NCBI GenBank assembly: GCA_017499595.2
Contig: CM038999.1
Location: 3,596,001 to 3,660,000, forward strand
DNA from: Psilocybe cubensis
Taxonomy: Eukaryota
Direction: 5' to 3'
Length of the DNA stretch: 64,000 bases
A program made the position numbers and the translations under genes. How positions within the stretch are numbered: the stretch's first letter is position 1; every line of letters begins with the position of its first letter. The notes beneath the pieces were generated by a model that made no database searches, was not told where the DNA came from, and was given only the letters and a program-made list of their open reading frames with translations. Shown here one piece after another: positions 50,591 through 63,019 of this stretch.

Positions 50591-51203
50591 TGGGGGATAA
50601 AGATGAAAAAAAAAGTGGGGACGAATAAAAAGAAAACGACGCGTCTTTGTTTATGAACCCCTTTCTTCCGGCGACCTTGCTTCTAATCAATGATTCGTTG
50701 CACTCTGTAAAAGAAAAAGCGCGATCCCGCGACCACGTTTTCGAGTCGAGCTCGGATCCCACCAAGATTTCGGTCGTTTTGGGAGCCTGTTTGGCCTAGG
50801 AAGCACGCGAAGCATGTTTCTGAAGAGTCGGACGGGCGCTTGATTGAACAGGAATCGCATTTTGGGAGTATGAACAACTAATCTTAGGTAAAAATACAGT
50901 ACTGAGAGTAATAAGCATTGGACGGCGTCAGTGGAAGTAGATAAGCTCGAGGTTGGACAACAAGTTTGGGCAAGCAATTGAACACTGAGCGATGGCTGAT
51001 GCTGTGTGGTTTGCATGGTGGAACCAAACAACACTGGCGGGCCGTCGCCGTCCAGCATTCACTTGGCTTCTACTTTTCGACTGGAACACCTCTTCTGTTC
51101 TGTTTGCCGTCGCTCAAGGCTTCACCTATCCGGTCTTTAGTTCAAGATATACATAGTCTTTTAATTACTCATACTTTGTCTGGTTTCGAAACCTCAAGCC
51201 AGC

Positions 51204-52230
51204 ATGGATCCTTTTGAAGTAAGGATGCAGTTTATACAATTTCTTCGTCGACTAAATGCGTCAGTATCTCTTCTAGTTTTGCCTGTACGGTTGCTAAACC
51301 TCAAGTTTTCCCACCAAGGACAGCTCACAGCAGTCGATACAAAAGGTCGTCAGCTATGCGATCAAAAACTTCGAGTGCAAAGACGACATCTGGGACTGCA
51401 TTATTGAAGAAACCCAAAAGGTGAGAGCCCCCACCGCCACCTCTTCAACCGCTCTGAAACTGATATGGCGTCGAAAAAAGGGGTCTATCAACTCCCGAAT
51501 AAACATCCTCTATTTCCTCGACTCGCTCTGCGAGACATGCCTTATGGTCAAGTCCCATTCGAAATCCGAAAGCTCGCGAGCCGCAAGCGCGAACGGCCTA
51601 TACGTCGAATTGGTGACCCGGGATCTCAACCGAATCATTGATTCCATCGTCCCAGAGGGAAGACAAGGCCTCCCAAACCTCGTCAGCACAAAACAGGTAC
51701 GCTGAGACCTGCTTAGGTTTTTTCAACCCTACCATTCCTTGCTCCCCCTCATATTTTTTTCGCATTCGAAGATCCTCGAAAACTGGCGCAGCAAACGCTA
51801 CATCGATCCCCAAAAGATCGATGACGTTTTTTCGTCGCTGGATTCCCGCCCAAAAATCGCCTCGTCAAGCACAGCCGAATCGTTAAAACGTCCATTGTCC
51901 CCTCAGCAAACCCTGTCCCGGAATGAAGTCAACAAGCGCATTGAGCAGGACCGCGAACGCCATAAACGACTGCGGGAGCGACGATGGGTCCAGCCAATAT
52001 CACGAAACCCCTCTTTTCAGCCTCCACAGCTGGCCTCGTTCTATCCCCTCACGGATGGGCCAGAGGAGGTTCCGATTGATATTGAGTTTGAAAACGAGTG
52101 GGAGACGACAAGTGACTGGAACGAAGATGACGAGGATGCCATTGCAGAGGAGGATCAACTCGCATTCGGGTCAAGTAGTAAAGAAGACAATAAAATCAGT
52201 TTTCTTAGTCGTCGAGGGGTGAAAGTCTAA
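51204..52230 (+). CDS. CTK3: CTD kinase I subunit gamma
   Basis: MDPFEVRMQFIQFLRRLNAS|QQSIQKVVSYA...DIWDCIIEE...GSINSRINILYFLDSL, and C-terminal KRIEQDRERHKRLRERRW...EFENEWE; both are characteristic CTK3 and CTK3_C motifs. Confidence 0.9.
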
Positions 52231-52893
52231 CCCCCTTTGTCATACATACCCAGTGTACGGTTCTCCTTTACCCATTGTACTATTATTTCATTACAGAAAA
52301 GATAATGTTACAAGCACCGCATAAAAACTAGAGAGTGAAGGTTGCATTTCTCCCTACAGAGGCCACAGCTTGGGCATGGGATTGTTTCTATCATTTCTTC
52401 AATCTTTTGTCCCTCGACCTCGGGCTTCAATGCTCAACTCCTGGTTCTGAGCCCTCGAAAATGTAAGTTCACTGGGAACGCATTTTTGGCCAGTTGCCTT
52501 TTTGCGCTCAGGGTTAGTCTTTGAACAAGCAGAACGCATGTATGGTCAAAATCACATTAACAATTCAACAACATAATTGACAACTATTTAAATCACAAAG
52601 TCTGCATATAAAATACAATGGATGGTAAAGGAGATCAACTATAGCACAACATACAAGCAAAGCGGAGCGAATAACCTGAGGACGAAGCAGAGATGAACAT
52701 GAACATAACAACATAGCACTACAGAAAGCAGAACGAGAAGAAAAACGCCAGGTAAAGCTAACGAGAGCTCTGAAAATATCATAAAGGTGCATAGTGCTGA
52801 CGGGAAGTCACAAACAGATACTGAAAGAACAAGTTGCAATTAGAGCAGGAAAACAGAGTAGACGGACTGCGAGAGCTCCGTACCTGGATATCA

Positions 52894-55800
52894 TTAACGG
52901 TAAGAATCCCGAAGCGTTTGAGCTTCCTCGCGAAGAGCCTTTGCCTCGTCAAGATCGCTTTGTTGGCCGTCTTTTTTGTACCTGGCTTCAAATGCTTTGG
53001 CCAATTCGTCGAGAATCCCAGGTCGACGACGATGAGGTGCAGGTTTAGATTCTAAGGCTTCTTTGAAGAGACGGATAGATTTGTCAATGTCACTAGGCTC
53101 GCCTCCATGCTCAAATCGAATACGTAGCGCATTTGCAAAACTTTGGTTTCTTGAGGATTTATTGGGAGATTTAAGCTCAACAGCTTGCTCGTGAAGGATG
53201 ATTGATTGGTCAATATCGGCTTGCTCGCCACCTACGCGTTCAAAACGACATTGCAGAGCATGCGCCAGACAAGTAAGTATCCCCGCCCAGGCAGAATGGT
53301 TGGGGATTTGAAGATCTAACGCTTCAGTAAGTAGAAGGACAGACTCCTGGATATCATTCTGGTCATTATATTGTTCGAATCGGTGAATGAGAAAATATGC
53401 CAAAGCGTCGACTGTGTAGTGTCGATTCGGATGGCTTGAAGATTGAAGCTCCAGTACGTTTCGGCTGATAGAAATTGATTCGTCGATGTCAGATTTTTGT
53501 CCTCCATTTTCGAAGCGAGTGAACAATGCATAAGCCAGGTCATTCAGCGACGAAGGCCGGTCCAGATGAAGGGGAGGTTGTAGCTCCAGGGCTTGCCTGT
53601 GCAAAGCAATGGATTCTTGAATATCAGATTCATCGCCTCCATTTTCAAAGCGTGCGGCGAGTGTATTGGCCAGTCTGCTTAGTAACGGAGGCCGGTTTGG
53701 ATGAGACAGAGGTTGAAGCTCCAGTGCTTGCCTTACCAAAGCAATGGATTCTTCAATGTCAGATTCATCGCCTCCATTGTCAAAACGAACAGAGAGTGAG
53801 TTGGCCAGGCTGCTTAGCAACAAAGACCGGTTTGGACGAGACAGGGGTTGAAGCTCCAGTGCTTGCCTGAGCAAAGCAATGGATTCTTCAATGTCAGATT
53901 CATCGCCTCCATTTTCAAAACGAACAGAGAGTGAGTCGGCCAAGTTGCTTACTAACAACGGCCGGTCTGTGTGATGCGGAGGTTGAAGCTCCAGTGCTTG
54001 CCTGAGCAAAGCAATGGATTCCTGGAGGTCAGATTGTTTGTCTCCATGTTCAAAGCGAACGGATAGTGCATTAGCAAGGTTGCATAGCGACACAGGTCGG
54101 TCTGGATGAAATCGAGGTTGGAGCGCCAGAGCTTGCCTGAGTGACGCTATGGATTCTTCAATGTCGGATTGCTGGCCTCCATTTCTGAAACGAGCGGAAA
54201 ACGCGTTAGCCAGGTTGTTTAACAACCATGGCCGGTCTGGATGGGACATTGGTCCAACCTCCAGAGCTTGCTTGCTCAGAATAATGGATTCCTCGATATC
54301 AGACCATTTTCCTTCCTCTTCAAAACGAGCCAAAAGTGCATTTGTTAAGTGAGTTAGAGTCGAAGACCTGTCTGGATGAGGGGAAGGTCGAAGCTCCAGT
54401 GTTTGTCTGTGTAACGCAATGCATTCATCAAGGTCGGATTGGTTGCCTCCGTAATCGAAGCGAGTCATGAGTGAAATGGCCAGGTTGCTTAGCAAAAAAG
54501 GGTGAATGGGATGAGGCGGAGGACGAAGCTCCAGAGCTCGCCTGTGCAAAGCAATGGATTCCTCGATGTCGGATTGTTTGCCTGCATTTTGAAAGCGAGC
54601 TGAGAGTGCACAGGCAAAGTTATGTAAAACGAAATCCTCCGGGTGTCGTTCAAGGTAGTCGTAGTGCTTGTAGAATGAGATGGCTTGGTTTAGATCGTCC
54701 ATATTTCCCCCTCTGTTGGAAAACCTTGTTTGCAGCTCATATGCATGATCATACAGTAATTCCAGGTAACGAGGGGCGTCTTCTGGTATGTTCATTGAGG
54801 GCCCATCATCAATTGGATATGTATATCGGTCGATTTCTTTCAACAGTGCAAGCCGTATTTCTAGGTGTCCTCGTTGTTTGTCTCGCATACCTGCAACGAA
54901 AAGGCTTAGGAGTTCAAGAAGAACATTGACCCTGTGCTCATTAGATAATTCATGAAATGAAATCAATTTGATGTAGGTCCCATCCATCCATCCAGGGTAT
55001 GAGTACGACGTTCCATCGTCCGATGGTGTTGCCATCAACAAGTTGAGGAACGCTAGTGCTAGCGCCTTGATGGAATGGATACGGCCACTCGAAAAGCTTG
55101 ACTCAGCAGATCTCTGCAAAGCCTCCATGTGCCTCTTGATCTCGGCGTTTGCGATATTTTGACGTCTTTCCGAGTTAGCTATAATAGAGTTAATGATCAA
55201 TGTATCCGCATGAAATATAGCATGGTAATGTTATCTTACCAAAGTGGTATAAAAATTTGAGACATGCATCAGGATTGTTTTCGAACAACTTCTCAAAGAC
55301 TGCTTGAGCGTCGGCAGCTACTTCTATTGGCTTTCTTGGGAATAAACTAAAGCATCTGTCCAAGGTTTTTGCGATGGTTGAAATATGTTTAGGGATTCGT
55401 TCAGATGTTCTGTCAAAGGTCCCGATCTCGTGAACCAAGGCTGAGGCTAGAATGGTTTCCGCATCTTGTCGTTCACGAATGACGCGTAGTCCAATGTCTA
55501 GAATGCAAGTATCATCAAAAACATGCCATTTGTGATATTGAGGGAACACAATATTTTACCTTGCAATGATGCGGTATACAGAACATCGTAATCCGCCTCT
55601 AGTCCGAGTTGCTCCCTTGTGTCAGACGTTATTTGATGCCCAGCAGTTGTCTTTTGAATTCGATCAAGAACAGTGCTGGGTTGGATGTATGGATCATTCT
55701 CAATGATATTGTGTAAACCGTCCCAGTGGTCCCAGCTTCGACCAGACCCATTTCGAAAACATGCCAAGGGTTTGTTCATTGAACCGGTATATGAATCGCG

Positions 55801-57578
55801 TACTGATTCGTGAATCAACTGGCCAGGCATGATGCGCCGCGGCGCTTGTTTGTGAAGACTGTAGAACATATCAGTTTGTCTGTAAAAAACAGGTATTAGG
55901 GTTTAATAACCTTCTTGTCACATCATTCGGACCAGTATACGAAAGGCGCTTAAATGGAATATACTCGGCAATTTTCCACAACCCAGTCATGGAGGACTGA
56001 GGATACAGTGGTTGCCACGATTGATCAAATGGTGTCGTGCGAAGACCCCAGGTAATACTTTCATAGGTCATCCATCGAAGAGCAGGGCCAAATTTGTTGG
56101 CGTCTAAATTTTCAATGTTCCCACCTCCACTGCAAAAATATTGTGAGAAGGAGATTTGACTGAACAATCGAGAAAACATTATTTACACGTCAGAATGACA
56201 TCCTGCGAACCACACTTCCTTTACATTTCCCCTCGTTGTTTTGGGTTTGTGCTCAGGTTCGGCAGCGACATCGGGTTTGGTCCCATTTTCATGCTTCGAA
56301 ATAGGCGCTTCCACTGATGTATGTCCGTGCTGAGGACCCTCGCCGCCGTTAACGTACTCGGGTAGAAATTTGACTCTCAACTCGTCAAGAGCCAAAGCAT
56401 GCCGAAATACGCAGACATGCGCCATTCCGGTCGTTGTTTCCGGTAAACTTTCCCTGCGTACGACACCAACCGAAGACACTGTGTCCCTTGGTTAACAAAC
56501 CAAGTTGAGCGTGACACTTTGCATGACATGTTTGAAACGCTTACCAGCAGCCAACAAAATGAACTTTGACCCCGGTATGCGATAACGTCCTTTTAAAGGA
56601 CCGGCATACAGTCTCTGAGTCCTCGATGGCACGTAATGTTTTGGTGGGTTTATGTCTAGTTGCTGTAGCTACCGCCCGAGGAACAGAGTTAGAAAGTGAA
56701 GTGGCCATCCGATGAAAGACTTGGTTTGTGCCGGATCCTTCGGTCCCTGTTGTAGCAGCAGGCTCTTGTCGTTTTTGATTTGCTTTGAGTTTGATGTAAA
56801 GATCGTAAGCACTGGATAGTTCCCATCCCGTGGCTCAGATTCAAATTAACGAAACGGAGACAAACCGTCTACTCACAAAGGGATTTGTTGTTTGTTGCCT
56901 TTGTGGAGAAGCCCGACCTACGATGTTGTTTAATTCTGAATATCACACTATTTTGAATTGATAGTCGTACCTTTTCAATCATTCCTGCAATGATTCGAAC
57001 TTGGTAAGCGCCGCGAGAAAATCCTATAAAGGGGTGACAGCAATGTTAGCTGTGTCTGGCACATATTGGCAAAAAGCTGCCCACCGAATAGATAGATCCT
57101 ATCTCCTGCTTTATAATTCTCTGAAAGCCATTCATATGCGTCGAGCACATTGTTCTCGATATTCCTAGGTTTGTGATAGTTGTAGATGAGATATCGTACT
57201 GGTAGTGATGTTGTTTATTGCATTACCTTCCAATAGCCATTTCGAAAGCTTGTGTTAGGAACGAGGGCTTTGCTTTGCCAGCGTGGGTCCCTATCCCACT
57301 GTTGTAGTAGGTGAGTTGGGTGTCATCTTTCACAAGCCGGCTGTAAAGTTCCACCACATTTGTATTCTGTTAGGTCCTGGTCAGTGTGTCAACAGGGGGC
57401 GGAAGTCGATTAATCGTACCTGCATGCCAAATTTATTGGCCGTTCCATCGACACATACGACCAGATTTCTACCAAATTCTCCATTTTCAAGGCGTTTACA
57501 AGAACAAGATGAGGTCTGTAAGCTTCTGGGCGAAATCAAAGTCGGGCCTTCAGCTTTTTGCAGTTTGCTCTTTTCCAT
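52894..57578 (-). CDS. DUF2235 (T6SS Tle1-like alpha/beta-hydrolase, putative phospholipase) fused to a C-terminal TPR array
   Basis: RNLVVCVDGTANKFG; NTNVVELY; YYNSGIGT; AYEWLSENYKAGDRIYLFGFSRGAYQVR (nucleophile Ser); VHFVGCWDTVSSVG; FRHALALDE; VKEVWFAGCHSDVGGG. Canonical introns link this region to the 52894-55200 TPR exon. Confidence 0.9.
52950..54700 (-). repeat. Coding tandem array of ~13 TPR-like 45-aa units in the DUF2235 protein
   Basis: GCAATGGATTC recurs at 53606, 53741, 53876 and 54011, an exact 135-bp period. Protein unit: DIEESIALLRQALELQP..HP.R..LL..LA.SL..RFENGGDES. Confidence 0.95.
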
Positions 57579-58551
57579 CCTGTCGGAGGGCCGCAGAAAG
57601 AAAGTCGCGAATATGGAGTTCCTTTTTCACCAACTAAGTAGTGGAAAAAGATGATAAGTGTTCGAAATATACCATGAAGTGTTGTACAGTCACTTCACCA
57701 CGCGCCATAACGTTTAGACATGAGGCGAATGGTATCTAACTCGATAGAGGATGGTATGTTGGTACGAGAATAGAACACATAGGTAAAACGTTGCAAACAC
57801 ACCTCTTTGATAATTTGAGTATATCGACATACGACGGATCCGGAGCTTATTAGTTACTGCCCACATCTAAATCTTAACTGTATGAATAAGTTTCTTAGAT
57901 GACGGAGCAGCGCCTAAAACTGAAAATATGCACTAACCACAACACTTGCGTGGAGCAGCTACTGTCCGATATCCTCACTTTTCAAGTGCGGCATGTTGGG
58001 CGATAAAATCCATGGCTGCATTTAATTTATGGTGATCAGGCAAAAGAAGCATATTACAAACACAACGAAAACAACAAGTTACTTGGGCCCTGTGGTTACT
58101 AACGTAATGCAAGAATGGCGACACCAAAATCGGCAAGGTAGTTAAACCCTTGTTAAACGTGGTCTATCCCAGTTCTCTCGTTCGAGTGCAGACGTAATTG
58201 TGTATGGACAAGAAGACCGGGCTGTGACTGAAATCAAAATGGCAAACATGGACAAATTCAACCGAGGCCCACAGCGGTGGCTTGGCGGTGGCCGTCTACA
58301 CGGCGGGACCTTCGCCACTGTTTTTTTGGCGTCGATCGGAGTTACAAATAAATACGTTTAGATTTACAAAATAAAACCAAATTTAATACTGAAAATTAGC
58401 ATCCGTCGGCGATGTGTTTAGCCGCGTTAAAAATCACAAAATAACCAGTGCGTCAATGAGTCTCTGTTTTATAGCTTCAAATCCACTTCCTTACCACAGT
58501 CGTGTTCTGATTCTTTTTTTTTGTGGCAGCTAATTTGACGGCAGCCTAATA

Positions 58552-61500
58552 ATGGTCTTCGGCATTGACCCTGCTGGTTAGTGACATCACTCTCGGTCCA
58601 CCTTACTACTCGGCTGAATTAAGAATAGTCGTTCAACGACAAGTTGTACACGGTCAAACACTCTATTATTGCCGGGTCTGTCAAGATACAAAAGGTCGCC
58701 AAAAACACCACCTCAATGAGCACTTCAACACCACAAAACACCAAACAGCTCTGCAGGCATTTCATACCAAAGAGAAATCCTCTGCTTCTTCACAAACCTC
58801 GTTGCCACCGGTTAACAAGTCCCTTTTGTTAGAGGACGCCTTACGTGCAATTCTTGTGTCTGCATCTCGTCAACCACACCAGCCTTTGTATCCTGCCAAT
58901 GACCCTCGCCTTTCTAGGGTCTCGGCTGCACCTTCTTCAACCACTTTGTCGACGGTCTCTCCACTCACCAGGATTGACTGGAATCTATTCAACGATGATG
59001 AAATTATGTCGGATCCATCTCCCATCGACTTTGCGTCTGCCCAAATATGTCAAGCTACTCTGGATTTTCTAAATTCTAATAACGAGAGTGATGGATCTGA
59101 TGATGGTGGTGGCAGTCCTCCGCTTTCTGAGAGTAGCAATGAGCAAGCCAATTCAGGTGTGTAACGTCTAAATAGCGCATATTGTTTGAGTCCTTAACTT
59201 TTAATCAGACACTGAACAAGTTGATAATGAATCTTTGCCCCGAAAACGTATGCGCGGTATTCACACCGACCCGGCTGAAGCTCGAAAATGGTATCTGTGG
59301 ATTGATAAAATTGTGAGTCTTTGCCTGCCATCGGTTAGATTTTCTGCTCAATCAATAAATCAGACTTGTTCTCTTGATGTTTTGATGCACCTTCCACGAT
59401 CACTATTTTCACGTCGTCAGCTGGATTTATTTCTCTGGCTACTGCGTATCAATGGCGTCAACGATGTGCCTAGCGTTAAGGCTATGCAAGGCATTAACAA
59501 GGCATTGCAGAATTTGTGTGGAATTGAGACGAAGGAGTACAAGGGCAAGCTGGGCAATGTATACTTTGTAAATTCTCTGTCTCAAATTCTTGCCCAGGTA
59601 TGAATCTATATGTTACAAATGAATACTTTTGATTTCTAACCAATCTGAATAGGAAATGTCTAATCCTCAAGTCCGACCGTTCCTTTACTTCTATCCTGAA
59701 GATACGGGCAAATCGATTAGCGAAACCTATCAAGCTTCGGGTTGGCTGCGTGAAATCAATCCTGAGGATGGTACTCCAATGATACGGCTCAATAATAATG
59801 ATTTTTTCATCTTTGAACCAACTATGCTGATTGATGGACGTTGCTGCATTCCTATTCAATGGTTTCTCCGAGAAGGTGTATTTTATGCCAAAGCCTGGCT
59901 TATGGAAGATACTCCTAGTGGTTGGGTTGTGTCCGAAGATCGCGAAATCAAAATCACGCAAAGCCAATTGCTAAAGAATTTTATTCAGTTGTCAAAGGAT
60001 CACTTGTTGTATAACTTGTCACACCCTTCACGAATATTTGGTATGGACTATATTTTATATATTTTATTCAATTTCTTATAAGTAAACAGGTGTGCGATCC
60101 ATTCGGGGCCTGGGCTGTCGAAATGGACACGTACAGATCCTACTATTGGCAATCGTTGGCGTGTATTAGCAAAGGGATACCGAGTCTATTCTCTGCCGCT
60201 ATGGATGTACTGTGACGATACGTCGGGAAACCAGTCCAAGAAGTGGAATAAGCACAACAGCTACCTATTTATTCTAGCTGGTCTTCCTCGCAAAAAGAGT
60301 TCACAAGAATACAATATCCATTTTCTATGCACTTCAGATATTGCGCCACCTCTAGAAATGCTTGATGGTGTGGTTGATCAACTTCAGTAAGTTGTCACTA
60401 TCTTATATTTGCTGCACATATTCTAATCATTTTAACTTTAGATTGGCTCAAAAACATGGTATTTGGGTATGGGACTGTATACACAAAGAGGCCGTTATGA
60501 TTTTTCCACCTGTATTTGCACTTCTGGGTGACAACCCTATGCATAGCGAGTTTGCTTGTCATATTGGAATGCAAGGGAAATATTTTTGCCAGATTTGCTG
60601 GGCCAAAGGAGTTGACAGTCAAGAATGCCCACACAAAAATCTTCCACATGACAGTTGTGCTCGACCCAACTTTCCTACCCTTTCAATCCATAGTGATGTT
60701 GATTCTGAAGATACCTTCACACGGCCTTCTCACAAACGGCGGAGGTACAAGGAGTCTATGGAGTCAATGCTTCGAAGGGTTAGTGATTTTATAAAGGTGC
60801 GTAAAAGTTGTTTTATAACAATTTATATTTTAATCACCTTTGATTCTAAGATTGGCAAACCGCGTCGCAAGAAAGAGACTATGGCTACTCTTGACTCTTT
60901 TTTGGAGCAAGCTAAGATGATTGGCACAAAATCAAAACTTAGAGCTGCAAAAACGGAAACTGGCATCAAGGATGTTTTCCAGGACTTCTTTATTGAAAAG
61001 CTTTTCAAATCTTATAAGGGAAAAGTTTCTACTCAGGCAAAGGAAAAAGCTCTTAAAGCGGCTGTCGATAAGCTTCCTGGAGACATCAAAAGTCCCGTAT
61101 GGAAACTTGGTGCGATTGAAATATTTTGCTTTAATTTACTAGCTAAATCTATATTCCAGGCTTGGATCCTCATCAGGACACTCCCGTCAAAATTCTGCAT
61201 GTTGTATTGCTGGGTTTCGTTAAATATTTTTGGAGAGACCTAGTTCAAAATCAGGTTACTCCTGCTAAAAAGCAAACTTTGATTATTCGTTTAAACAGCC
61301 TCAGTGTGGCAGGTCTAGGTATACCCACATTAAATGGCTCCACACTAGTGAACTATGCCGGGTCACTAACTGGTCGCGATTTCCGAATTATTGCTCAAGT
61401 AGCGCCATTTGTCATCTACAACATGGTTTCTCAGGAGGTTTATGATGCATGGGTGTCCCTATCTACGTTAGTTCCAGTTATTTGGCAGCCAGCAATCTCT

Positions 61501-62966
61501 AACATTGATGAGTACCTGGTGCGTCTTCATTGTGTCTTTCTTTAAATTGTTTTATTAAATTAAATCATGTTTTAGCCCAGATTAGAGGCCGACATCAAAT
61601 ACTTTTTGTTGAAAACGGCAACATGGACCTGCGCGTGGTTTAACAAAACCAAATTTCACATTATTCTTCATCTTCCAGAACATGTCCGTCGGTTTGGGCC
61701 AGCAATATTGTTTGCCACGGAATCGTTTGAGTCATTCAATGCTATTATCCGTGCAAAAAGCATTCACAGTAATCACCAAGCACCTTCACATGATATTGCC
61801 CGTGGCTTTGCGCAAGGCAATCGGATTCGCCATCTTCTTAGTGGTGGTTTTTTTCTTCCACAAGAGCTTTATCAGTCTTGGAAAAAGGATCCAACAAATG
61901 TGGCTAATTCAGAGTGGCGCACTGCTGGACCTGGAGGTCTTCACCTTATTGATGCTCCAGACTCAACACCAGCTAGCTATTTGGGACTGCAGAAACCTGC
62001 TGCCAGTAAGGCTGGTAAGTTATATTTACAAATCTATACTACTAGTGAGCGGTCTAATGCAATGGCCTAGGTTCATGCAAATCTAATGGCACAGATCCTC
62101 AACCATTTCATCGCACATTATGTGGCCAAAAGCTTCCCAACATTGTGCTCAATACTGCAGCCAGCCAACAACTGTATGTAACCAATTCCCAGGTCTATCT
62201 GAGAAACGAGGATCTATGCACCATAGGACAGTTTGTCATTGCCCAAATTCATCCATCCCAGCCGCCTCTGATAGGGTGTGTTCGAGAGATCTTGCAGCAG
62301 GTTGGCTCTCCAAACCATCTTCAAAACCGGCCCGATGGTATTCTTATTCAAACAGCTTTACACCAACCGCCGTCGCACATATTGCCTGCTGGACAACTGC
62401 AGCCAGTTTTTATGCTCCGTCTGATTCTTCAGCAGGAATGGTCCTTCATTCCGTGGAGTTGCCTTCTTTGCACCGTAAATACTCAACATGACTGTCAACG
62501 TCATGGATGCCAGGCAAATGGGCTACAATACATCTATCAAGAGCAAATACAAACTGATCAGACTAAGGCAACAATACTGCATCAAAACTCATTGGATGAT
62601 ATGCTCCTCCTCAATATGTGTCAAATGCGCGATGCTGCTCATCTCCAAAGTTTTCACCTCCACTCTGCCCCGTTAAACGAAGATGCTATAATTCAAAGAA
62701 GTGTGGCTCAAGCCATTGTTCAACGGAAGGTAGGAGAAGCCTCCCAATCAAGTACTTCCAAACCAACCAAAACACCAACAGCCGCCTTGAGACAACATGC
62801 CCAGAGCCCCTTGGGCACCCCTACTCTAGCAGCCACACCTTCTGGGGGTGTCAGTTTGCCTCAACATGCTTCAGCAGGAACATCTTCTGGAGGTGTTAGT
62901 TCACCTCGACGTAGCAGGCAAGCATCTGTGGTATATCCAGGTCAAATAACATTGGACTTTCGATAG
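58552..62966 (+). CDS. Fungal CACTA/CMC-related (Plavaka-like) transposase
   Basis: N-terminal C2H2 finger (CRVC...H.....H), then WMYCDDTSGNQSKKWNKHNS, LLGDNPMHSEFACHIG...CQIC, DTPVKILHVVLLG, KFHIILHLPEHVRRFGPAILFATESFESFNAIIR (CACTA DUF4218-like pattern), a BAH-like segment and NTQHDC...C. The start codon is approximate. Confidence 0.8.
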
Positions 62967-63019
62967 AAGTAAAACCATACTGTATTTATTTACTAGAATT
63001 CTACAAGAAGAATAGCAGA

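Noticed and set aside
51204-52230. CTK3 as a functional member of the defence cluster
   Set aside because: It is a conserved housekeeping gene on the opposite strand, more likely the syntenic anchor around which the accessory genes accumulated.
53500-54150. Regularly spaced DNA repeats as a CRISPR-like array
   Set aside because: The 135-bp period is an in-frame protein repeat in a eukaryotic gene, with no unique spacers and no cas genes.
60041-60110. Possible frameshift in the transposase
   Set aside because: The CAG acceptor at 60089 gives an out-of-frame product, but the AAG acceptor at 60082 restores the frame. It cannot be called without transcripts.
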